This document shows, piece by piece, positions 39,789-46,846 of a stretch of DNA of 64,000 nucleotides (its first letter is position 1; every line of letters starts with the position of its first letter). Made by a program: the position numbers and the translations under genes. Location of the stretch: the NCBI GenBank assembly GCA_009711825.1, contig VEMY01000008.1, positions 15,345 to 79,344 on the forward strand, read 5' to 3'. The DNA comes from Bacillota bacterium. GTDB lineage: Bacteria; Bacillota; Proteinivoracia; UBA4975; VEMY01. The notes under the pieces are model-generated. The model was not told where the DNA came from. It was given only the letters and a program-made list of their open reading frames with translations, and did no database searches.

Positions 39789-41007
39789 CGGTCTCCACCT
39801 CCCTTGACTCAAGTACATCAGCCAGTGTGTCGCCACCGCGTAATTTCATCAGCAACTCTGGCAGAATCTCATAGATATCGCCAACTACGCCATAATGGGC
39901 CACATCGAAAATCGGCGCCTGGGAATCTTTGTTGATGGCAATCACCGTCTCGGCACCGCCCATGCCGGCGGTAAACTGCACCGCGCCGGAGATGCCCAGG
40001 GTGATCAGCAGTTTGGGCCGCACGGTGCGACCGGAGAGTCCGATTTGCTGGGTGTGGTCACCCCAGCCTGCCTCGATAAGTGGCCGCGTCACCGCCACCT
40101 GGCCGCCCAAAAGTTCCGCTAGCTCCTGGACCATGGCCATGTCCTTCTGCTCCTTGATACCCCGCCCGGCTGCCACCAGCACCTCTGCCTCGGCGATGCC
40201 CGGGGTCTGCTGCTTTTTGCGCACCTGTAATACCTCAATAGCTGAACGTAGTTTTTCCGGCGGCAGCTGACATTCGACGATTATTCCGGTGGGATTGGGT
40301 AGCTTCTGCGCCGCATCCATCACCTTGTAGCGCACCGTGGCCAGCTGGGGCCGATGATTGGGAGTGACAATCTGCGCCATAATATTACCACCAAAAGCGG
40401 GACGGATCTGCACCAAGTCACTGTTTTCCTTGACATCTAGCACTGTGCAGTCGGCCGTGAGGCCGGTGCGGAAGCGGGTTGCCACCCGGGGGGCCAGCGA
40501 ACGCCCCACAGAAGTAGCGCCCACCAGGACAATTGTCGGCTTGTTGTTGTTGATGCAATCCTCAAAGGCGTTGGCAAAAGTATCGACCCGGAAATGCTCC
40601 AGCTCAGGATAATCATAAGTGAAGACCTTATCGACTCCGTAGTCCAACAGCTCCCGCCCGGCGGCAGCAAGATTATGCCCCACCAACAGTGCATAGACAG
40701 GTTGGCTGATTTTAGCTGCCAGTTCCCGGGCTTTGCCCACCAACTCGTAGGTTACGGGATGAACTTTGCCCTCCACATGCTCTACGAAGACCAGTACTCC
40801 CTGCCACTCGGCCTTATCCACCTGGGGTCGCGCCTCTGAAGCCAGGCTAATCGCCTGTTGCGGACAGCTCTTGATACACAGATTGCACATTTTGCAGGCG
40901 GCGGTAAAATCCAGCTTGCCTTCCTCAATAATGATTGCGTCAAAGGGACAGACCTGAATACATTCCTGACACAGGTCGCATTTATTGTGATTACATACCA
41001 GGGCCAT
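39778..41007 (-). CDS. etfA: electron transfer flavoprotein alpha subunit with N-terminal 2x[4Fe-4S] ferredoxin domain (LctC/FixB-like)
   Basis: 409 aa; N-terminal CDLCQECIQVCP and CKMCNLCIKSCP cluster motifs, then ETF alpha FAD-binding domain. Confidence 0.85.
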   Translation of the reverse strand: MALVCNHNKCDLCQECIQVCPFDAIIIEEGKLDFTAACKMCNLCIKSCPQQAISLASEARPQVDKAEWQGVLVFVEHVEGKVHPVTYELVGKARELAAKISQPVYALLVGHNLAAAGRELLDYGVDKVFTYDYPELEHFRVDTFANAFEDCINNNKPTIVLVGATSVGRSLAPRVATRFRTGLTADCTVLDVKENSDLVQIRPAFGGNIMAQIVTPNHRPQLATVRYKVMDAAQKLPNPTGIIVECQLPPEKLRSAIEVLQVRKKQQTPGIAEAEVLVAAGRGIKEQKDMAMVQELAELLGGQVAVTRPLIEAGWGDHTQQIGLSGRTVRPKLLITLGISGAVQFTAGMGGAETVIAINKDSQAPIFDVAHYGVVGDIYEILPELLMKLRGGDTLADVLESREVETDDL

Positions 41008-41807
41008 TAACGCTCACCCCCCTGAACAAATTTAAGCTCCCGGAGTTTGGCGAAGATTCGGCCGGCCAATTCTTTGCCCTCTCCATCCCAGATCTCTTTC
41101 TCCAAATTGCCCTCAGGGTTAAAGATCCGCTCCACCTGGGTCGGCGAGCCGCTGAGTCCATAGCGGTTCTCGTCCTGATCTTTGAAATCCGCGAAACAGA
41201 GCATGGGGATTTCCCGGTCGGCGGTGGCCAGTTTGCGCCGAAAGGAGGGAAGACGGGGCTGGTAAATCCCCTTTTCCACGGTCAACAGGCAGGGAAAAGG
41301 CATGCGCACAGTCTCCTCGCTGTCGGCCATATCCATGGTCACAGTTATGCTCTGTTTATTTACCGCTTCAATTGCAGTGACCCAGGCCACATGGGGAAGA
41401 CCAAGATACTCGGCAATCGCCGGCCCGACCTGGGCAGTATCGCCGTCGGTGGTCTGTTTGCCGCAGATAATCAGGTCCGGTGCGCCCAGGGCACGGATGC
41501 CCTGGGAAAGGGTGTAGGCCGTGGCCAGGACATCGGCGCCGGCAAACTTGCGATCGGAAAACACATACCCCCTGTCCGCACCCATCATATATGCTTCCTG
41601 AATCACGGCCCGGGCCTGGGGCGGCCCCATTGTCACCACTGTCACTTCGCCGCCCAACTCTTCCCGCAGCCGCATAGCTGTCTCCAAAGCATAGAGATCG
41701 TAGGGATTCAGTTTGCTGTCAACACCATCCCGAATCAAAACACCGTTTTCGTCCACCTCCACAGAAGTGGTTTCCGGTACTTGTTTTACACAGACAATAA
41801 TGTGCAT
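41007..41807 (-). CDS. etfB: electron transfer flavoprotein beta subunit (LctB/FixA-like)
   Basis: Start ATG 41805-41807 (MHIIVCVKQVPETTSVE...), typical EtfB N-terminus; about 266 aa. Confidence 0.85.
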   Translation of the reverse strand: MHIIVCVKQVPETTSVEVDENGVLIRDGVDSKLNPYDLYALETAMRLREELGGEVTVVTMGPPQARAVIQEAYMMGADRGYVFSDRKFAGADVLATAYTLSQGIRALGAPDLIICGKQTTDGDTAQVGPAIAEYLGLPHVAWVTAIEAVNKQSITVTMDMADSEETVRMPFPCLLTVEKGIYQPRLPSFRRKLATADREIPMLCFADFKDQDENRYGLSGSPTQVERIFNPEGNLEKEIWDGEGKELAGRIFAKLRELKFVQGGER

Positions 41808-41832
41808 CGCTTCCGTTTGCCCCCTTTTGGTA

Positions 41833-41846
41833 ATATGGTCTGACCA
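41833..41846. promoter_or_regulatory. GntR/FadR-type operator TGGTCTGACCAGTT upstream of etfB
   Basis: Palindrome TGGTCTGACCA (TGGT-N3-ACCA class), 26 nt upstream of the etfB start; identical copy at 42654. Confidence 0.6.
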
Positions 41847-41892
41847 GTTAAAGTCTTTGAACCTCTGTTGCAATGCGCTATTTCCCGGGGAA

Positions 41893-42618
41893 TCATGACT
41901 CCGGGGTGGTTTCTGACCGCTCCAGACGCGCTAAGCAATCATTTACATACTCCAAATGCGACTGCATGCGTCTAGATGCTTCTTCAGCATTCCCGGCGGC
42001 AATCGCCTCATAGATGCCCCGGTGCTGACTTATCAGGGTTTGCTGATTGGCCGGCTCCATCAGAATCCGGGACCGGGTATATTTGATGCTCTCATCGATG
42101 AGGTCGGAGATGGAATTGATGATGCTATAGAGCAGGCGGTTGCCGGTGGCCCGGGCAATTGTATAATGTAGTTCCTTGTCTAGGCGCACATTTTGCTCCT
42201 CTTCCAGCTGAAAGCGCTCCAAATTCTCTACAGCTGCGCCGATTGCTTCAATTTGCTCCTGATTGGCGTTTTTTGCTGCCAGAAAGGCGCTGTTTGTCTC
42301 TAAAATCATCCGGAATTCCAGAATCTCCTGGGGCGGAGTTTGCTCCAACAAAAAGATGATGGACAGGGGCTCCAGCAGGTTGCGGTCTACCTGCTCGCGG
42401 ATAAAATTCCCCTCGCCATGGCGACTTTCCACCAAACCGATGATCTGTAACGCACTAAGGGCCTCACGGATGGAGGTTCTACTCACCTGTAGCTGCTCCA
42501 CAAGCTCCCGCTCAGACGGTAGTTTATCGCCCCGCTTCAGCTCCCCGCTTTTAATCATCGCCTTGATTTGTGCGATTACTTGCTGATAGACTTTCACATC
42601 TTTAATCGGCGTAAAAAT
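41893..42618 (-). CDS. GntR family (FadR/FCD subfamily) transcriptional regulator, likely lactate-responsive (LctA/LldR-like); start codon uncertain
   Basis: wHTH (LPSERELVEQLQVSRTSIREAL) plus FCD domain; RBS GGAGGTGA at 42630-42637. No ATG in range; start is probably a non-ATG codon near 42615-42620. Confidence 0.7.
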   Translation of the reverse strand: MFTPIKDVKVYQQVIAQIKAMIKSGELKRGDKLPSERELVEQLQVSRTSIREALSALQIIGLVESRHGEGNFIREQVDRNLLEPLSIIFLLEQTPPQEILEFRMILETNSAFLAAKNANQEQIEAIGAAVENLERFQLEEEQNVRLDKELHYTIARATGNRLLYSIINSISDLIDESIKYTRSRILMEPANQQTLISQHRGIYEAIAAGNAEEASRRMQSHLEYVNDCLARLERSETTPES

Positions 42619-42653
42619 CGTAATCACCTCCAACCTTATGTATATCTGGACAG

Positions 42654-42667
42654 GTGGTCTGACCAGT
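42654..42667. promoter_or_regulatory. GntR/FadR-type operator TGGTCTGACCAGTT in the regulator's own 5' region (autoregulation candidate)
   Basis: Second exact copy of TGGTCTGACCAGTT. Confidence 0.55.
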
Positions 42668-42769
42668 TGTCTCCAGTCTAACCCGACCATCCAAACCTGT
42701 CAACAGCAGCGGGGACGTTTCCGTCTGGCAGGCAAACAAACTCTCCTGACCCGCAACCAGGTTTGATTT

Positions 42770-42836
42770 TGCCCATGCAACCTCCGTCCCCGAATGGGCA
42801 CAACCTCCGTCCCCGAATGGGCAGAATGGGCACACC
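42770..42836 (+). repeat. REP-like palindromic element, one full copy plus 1.5 tandem partial copies
   Basis: TGCCCATGCAACCTCCGTCCCCGAATGGGCA CAACCTCCGTCCCCGAATGGGCA GAATGGGCACACC. Confidence 0.85.
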
Positions 42837-42878
42837 TGCCAACCGCCAGCGGGGACTTCCCACTGGCTGAAGATAAAC

Positions 42879-42920
42879 TAACTCCCCTCTAAGAGCAGAA
42901 CTTTTACCCTGAGGGGAGTT
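42879..42920 (-). terminator. long hairpin (10-bp stem) downstream of the permease/small-ORF unit, possible terminator
   Basis: AACTCCCCTC...GAGGGGAGTT inverted repeat; moderately T-rich tail on the minus strand. Confidence 0.4.
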
Positions 42921-42924
42921 ATAA

Positions 42925-43056
42925 TTACTGGCAGCAGCCGAACTTTATTTCTCCGGCCCGGTCTTTTAGCATAGCGCTCAAATGCTCTCCCGAGCAGCTC
43001 TGGCACGCATTTTGGCCTGCGAAGACATTCCAAAGCCGCCGCAATACATCTACTAG
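42925..43056 (-). CDS. small Cys-containing ORF (43 aa), hypothetical; has a degenerate paralog at about 45060-45200
   Basis: ATG with strong RBS GGAGGTGGCAAC-ATG; MIKVLVDVLRRLWNVFAGQNACQSCSGEHLSAMLKDRAGEIKFGCCQ. Not in the ORF track because it is under 60 aa. Confidence 0.4.
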   Translation of the reverse strand, partial: LVDVLRRLWNVFAGQNACQSCSGEHLSAMLKDRAGEIKFGCCQ

Positions 43057-43081
43057 AACCTTGATCATGTTGCCACCTCCA

Positions 43082-44056
43082 CTATAATAAATTCGTTATA
43101 AGTTGATACAGGGTCCCCAAGACAACTCCTCCAGCCAGGACAATACCGACATAAAACCCGATCGCCCGCCTTTTAATAACTGTAGCCATACCGACCATTA
43201 CGCTGACACTGGTCCCCTGACCGGCAATCAGGAAGGCCAGCACAGCCCCCTCGCCAGCACCGGCATCAAGGAATGTTTCCAGAAGCGGCAGGCCGGCAGC
43301 GCCACTTACATATAGCGGCAGACCAATCAATGCTGCCAGGGGCACTGCGTAGAACTTCTCGGGACTAAATAACATCAGAATTGCTTCCGTAGGTATAAAG
43401 AGCTCCACCAGGCGCCCAATCGCGATAAACAGCATGAAGAAAATCAGCACCCGCTTGATACCCAATTCATAAATTTGTCGGACTACTTCATCCAAGCGCC
43501 AACGCCGGTACCAAACCGGGGGCGATGGAGCAACACTACAGCAAGCGGTTTCCCGGGCCGCGCTGCATCCGCACGCGGGGGTGGCAAGGCGGTACTGGTC
43601 TTTAAAAATTCCTGTCCGCTTTTCCAAATAAGACGCCAACAAGCCGCCACCAATGCCAAGAACTATTGCCGACACCAGACCAGCGGCAGCCAGGCGGGGC
43701 CCCAGAAACCCGGCCTGAAAAATGATCTGGGTCGGACTGGTCAGAGGCGAAGTGAGCAGAAACGCCATCACTGTTCCCCAGGGCAGGGCAGACACGAACA
43801 TTGCCAAGAGCACCGCCATCGTCCCGCAGGCGCAAAAGGGCGTAAACGCGCCTATACCTACCGCCCCGGCGATTGATGCCCCGGAACGCTTTTGCATCCT
43901 GCGAACCAGCTTGTCGCCAAAATAAACACGGATAACAACCGCCGTCACAATTCCCAGGGTAAGAATCCACCAGTCCAAGCGCAGATAGCGGATAACAGCT
44001 AGGATAATTTCATTGAGAATCTCAAGCAAACCCATAATACCTCCTATTTGTATCAT
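43082..44056 (-). CDS. predicted permease (PF03773/DUF318-type, COG0701)
   Basis: 324 aa, polytopic, with conserved cysteine pair region (TPFCACGTMAV) typical of this family. Confidence 0.6.
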   Translation of the reverse strand: MIQIGGIMGLLEILNEIILAVIRYLRLDWWILTLGIVTAVVIRVYFGDKLVRRMQKRSGASIAGAVGIGAFTPFCACGTMAVLLAMFVSALPWGTVMAFLLTSPLTSPTQIIFQAGFLGPRLAAAGLVSAIVLGIGGGLLASYLEKRTGIFKDQYRLATPACGCSAARETACCSVAPSPPVWYRRWRLDEVVRQIYELGIKRVLIFFMLFIAIGRLVELFIPTEAILMLFSPEKFYAVPLAALIGLPLYVSGAAGLPLLETFLDAGAGEGAVLAFLIAGQGTSVSVMVGMATVIKRRAIGFYVGIVLAGGVVLGTLYQLITNLL

Positions 44057-44077
44057 ACAAGTATTTATTTAAAAATT

Positions 44078-44545
44078 TTAGCAGCAAAACGGTTTAACTT
44101 TCTCAAATGCCATGAGTAATGTATTTACCGATTTCAGCACCGACTCCACTTCCCCCTGGGGAATTGCCTGGATAATTAAGCTGTAGTATTCTCTAACGGC
44201 CTGGGACAGCTCCCCTACAGCCTCTTTGCCTGTCTCCGTCAATCGCACATGAATCACTCGCCGGTCTTCCGGGGAGCGTTCCCGCACCAGGTAGCCATCC
44301 CGAACCAACGTGGAAACAATTCGGGTCATGGTGCTGGTATCCAGGTTCATCTTTTCGCTCAACTGATTCATAGTCAAGGCGGCGTGTTGCTGGACGTTGA
44401 ACAAAGTATAACATTGGGACATAGTAAACCCATGGCGGGAAAGTTTGCCGCGCTCAAAAATCTGCAATGTTCGCACCATGTTTTGAATCAATTCGCCCAG
44501 TTCGTCTACACAACAATTATGGTTAGTATCAACCACGGTAATCAC
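44078..44545 (-). CDS. MarR family transcriptional regulator
   Basis: 155 aa; wHTH LTMNQLSEKMNLDTSTMTRIVSTLVRDGYLVRE. Confidence 0.8.
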   Translation of the reverse strand: MITVVDTNHNCCVDELGELIQNMVRTLQIFERGKLSRHGFTMSQCYTLFNVQQHAALTMNQLSEKMNLDTSTMTRIVSTLVRDGYLVRERSPEDRRVIHVRLTETGKEAVGELSQAVREYYSLIIQAIPQGEVESVLKSVNTLLMAFEKVKPFCC

Positions 44546-44642
44546 CTCGCAAACTAATTGTATTATACAAATAGTTTGTTGTCAACCTTTTCTTTTTAAA
44601 AATAACCGGTGCCAGCGACACCGGGTAAGTTGACGTGTCGAT

Positions 44643-44675
44643 TTTGCCCATCTAACCTCCGTCCCCGAATGGGCA
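44643..44675 (+). repeat. REP-like palindromic element, 54 nt upstream of the DUF2249 start
   Basis: TTTGCCCATCTAACCTCCGTCCCCGAATGGGCA. Confidence 0.85.
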
Positions 44676-44728
44676 AGGAGTGTGGTGGCATACTGAAGAT
44701 AACAAACAACAAGGAGGTCGATTAATTA

Positions 44729-44956
44729 ATGGGCACCATACAAGTTGATGTCCGCTCCCTTGCCCCGGCGCAAAGGCACAGCACAATCATGGAACGCTTT
44801 CACTCCCTCAAGCCTGGCCAGGCAATGGAGCTAATCAATGACCACGAACCTAAACCCTTGTATTATCAGTTTCAAGCCGAATATCCCGACACCTTCGACT
44901 GGGAGTACCTTGAGGAAGGGCCCGAGGATTGGCGGGTAAAAATCACAAAGAAGTAA
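44729..44956 (+). CDS. DUF2249 family small protein
   Basis: 75 aa; DVRSLAPAQRHSTIMERFHSLKPGQAMELINDHEPKPLYYQFQAEYPDTFDWEYLEEGPEDWRVKI fits DUF2249; RBS AAGGAGG. Confidence 0.65.
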   Translation: MGTIQVDVRSLAPAQRHSTIMERFHSLKPGQAMELINDHEPKPLYYQFQAEYPDTFDWEYLEEGPEDWRVKITKK

Positions 44957-44957
44957 C

Positions 44958-45078
44958 TGCCCATATGGGGACGGAGGTTTGTTGGGCACTTTCCGACAGA
45001 GAAAAGGCCGGGAAAGCACCCACACAACCCGGCCTCTATTTTCTGCATTCTCCCCCCAGGCGGACTTGATTCCTGCGG
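44958..45078 (-). repeat. composite ~120-bp element: REP-like palindrome plus bidirectional terminator hairpin plus conserved tail; copy 1
   Basis: CTGCCCATATGGGGACGGAGGTTTGTTGGGCAC, then AAAAGGCCGGGAAAGCACCCACACAACCCGGCCTCTATTTT, then ...AGGCGGACTTGATTCCTGC; about 90% identical to 45726-45845. Confidence 0.8.
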
Positions 45079-45241
45079 GCGCTTAAGCGCTCTCCAGTGC
45101 AGCTGTGGCCTGCATTTTTGCTGACAAAGGCAATCACAAGCGACGCAATCCGCCTACTTAAATTATGTGGAGAGTTAGTAGCGCCACAGCAACAGTTTCT
45201 CCAGCTGCGCTGCAGCCACAGTCAGGGGTGGCAAGACTAAT

Positions 45242-45324
45242 ATGCCCATGAAACCTCCGTCCCCGTTTGGCCATTAACACCGCCAGTTCGAATTTGCCCA
45301 TCTAACCTCCGTCCCTGAATGGGC
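45242..45324 (+). repeat. two REP-like palindromic elements (45242-45273 degenerate; 45292-45324)
   Basis: TGCCCATGAAACCTCCGTCCCCGTTTGGCCAT ... TTTGCCCATCTAACCTCCGTCCCTGAATGGGCG. Confidence 0.8.
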
Positions 45325-45330
45325 GCTCCG

Positions 45331-45732
45331 TTAGGTTTCCAGATTGTGCACCTGGGTTGCGCGGCTGACCATTTTGGGATCATGGCTGACTACAATCACT
45401 GTCTTACCACTTTGGTGAATTGAGCTTAGCAGGTCCAGGATGATATCGCCGGTCTTTTGATCCAGGTTGCCTGTCGGTTCATCGGCAAGTATTAACTCAG
45501 GAGAGTTTGCCAGAGCCCGGGCAATTGCCACCCGTTGCTGTTCTCCGCCAGACAATTGCCAGGGGTAATGCTTTCGTCTATGGGACATGCCCATTTGCTC
45601 CAGCAGTTCGTCAACCCTTTGTTGGGCGGCATGCTTATCAATGCCGGCCAACAACAGCGGGACGAGAATGTTGTCCTCAGCATTGAACGAATTAATCAGG
45701 TTAAAAAAACTAAATACAAAGCCGATGCCCAC
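45331..45732 (-). pseudogene. 5'-truncated ABC transporter ATP-binding gene (FtsE/LolD-like) retaining Q-loop, signature, Walker B and H-loop but no Walker A
   Basis: 133 aa ORF: ...[15 protein letters not shown]...[12 protein letters not shown]...VVSHD; the reading frame begins exactly where the composite repeat at 45726 abuts. Confidence 0.65.
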
Positions 45733-45845
45733 ATGGGGACGGAGGTTTGTTGGGCACTTTCCGACAGAGAAAAGGCCGGGAAATCATCCACACAACCCGG
45801 CCCCTATTTAGTGCATTCGCCCCCTGGCGGACTTGATTCCTGCCG
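45726..45845 (-). repeat. composite ~120-bp element (REP-like palindrome plus terminator hairpin plus tail); copy 2
   Basis: ATGCCCACATGGGGACGGAGGTTTGTTGGGCAC...AAAAGGCCGGGAAATCATCCACACAACCCGGCCCCTATTT...GGCGGACTTGATTCCTGCC. Confidence 0.8.
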
Positions 45846-45862
45846 GAAAACGTCCCCGGTGG

Positions 45863-46846
45863 CTAGCCGGCGCAGGTGCTGCAGTTGACGCTTTGCTGCT
45901 TGGCGCCGCAGCGGTCGCCCCAAACGGCGACAATTTTGCCATCCATCTTCACCTGGATGATTTCGCAACAATTGCTACAGCCGTCACACTCATAACTCAC
46001 CGGCTCGAAATGCAAATCCGCGGCGCCAAATCCCCGAAAGTTGGTGGCTTCGCCGGTCCGCTCTACATGTTCCCGGGCGAGGATGGCGCTACCGATGGCG
46101 CCCATAATATTAAAGTTTTCCGGGATGATTACCTGATGGCCCACCTCCTGCTCGAAGGCGGCCTTGATGCCGCTGTTGGCGGCCACACCACCCTGGAACA
46201 CAAAGGGCGGTTGCAGGGTTTTGCCCCGGCCAAGGTTGTTAATATAATTACGGACAAGCGCCTCGCACAGCCCCTTGATGATCTCCGCCTTGGAAAAGCC
46301 AAACTGCTGCTTGGCAATCATGTCGGATTCGGCGAACACGGTACAGCGCCCGGCAATCCGCACATCCCGCCGGGCGCTGGCGGCCATCTCGCCAAACTGT
46401 TCAATCGGAATCGCCAAGCGCTCGGCCTGATGGTCCAGAAAGGAGCCGGTGCCAGCAGCGCAGACAGTGTTCATGGCGAAATCTACGACCATGCCGTCTT
46501 CTATAACAATAATTTTCGAGTCCTGGCCGCCGATCTCAAAGATTGTGCGCACATCGGGCACAACATTGGTGGTGGCCACCGCATGGGCGGTGATTTCATT
46601 CTTGATTACATCGGCGCCGACCATGACGCCAATCAGCTGGCGACCGCTGCCGGTGGTACCCACGCCCCGGATCTCAACATCTCCGGGCAGGGCCACAGCG
46701 GCTTTTTTCAGGCCACGCTTTACCGCCTCCAGGGGTTGACCGCTGGTGCGGACATATTCGCTGTAGAGCACCGAAAATTCCTCGTCTATACAGACAATGT
46801 TGGTGCTGACCGAGCCGACATCGATTCCAAGATAGACATTACGCAT
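45863..46846 (-). CDS. BadF/BadG/BcrA/BcrD-type ATPase (CoA-substrate-specific enzyme activase, HgdC-like) with C-terminal Cys-rich tail
   Basis: 327 aa; LGIDVGSVSTN... acetate/sugar-kinase fold ATPase; C-terminal CDGCSNCC...CG...CSTC. Confidence 0.65.
   Translation of the reverse strand: MRNVYLGIDVGSVSTNIVCIDEEFSVLYSEYVRTSGQPLEAVKRGLKKAAVALPGDVEIRGVGTTGSGRQLIGVMVGADVIKNEITAHAVATTNVVPDVRTIFEIGGQDSKIIVIEDGMVVDFAMNTVCAAGTGSFLDHQAERLAIPIEQFGEMAASARRDVRIAGRCTVFAESDMIAKQQFGFSKAEIIKGLCEALVRNYINNLGRGKTLQPPFVFQGGVAANSGIKAAFEQEVGHQVIIPENFNIMGAIGSAILAREHVERTGEATNFRGFGAADLHFEPVSYECDGCSNCCEIIQVKMDGKIVAVWGDRCGAKQQSVNCSTCAG

Noticed and set aside
9400-45758. Possibility that the CACCTCC-containing repeats are rRNA 3'-end fragments or rRNA pseudogenes
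   Set aside because: Only the 7-12 nt anti-SD-like core matches 16S rRNA; flanking sequence has no rRNA similarity and elements are 33 nt long.
35527-45845. Possibility that the ACCTCCGTCCCC-core repeats form a CRISPR array
   Set aside because: Spacing between copies is irregular, from 0 to several kb. Copies occur in both orientations and are separated by full-length genes. There are no uniform spacers and no cas genes.
45535-45888. Plus-strand ORF spanning the composite repeat (117 aa)
   Set aside because: It runs through the REP/terminator element and overlaps the truncated ABC gene antisense; no start context.
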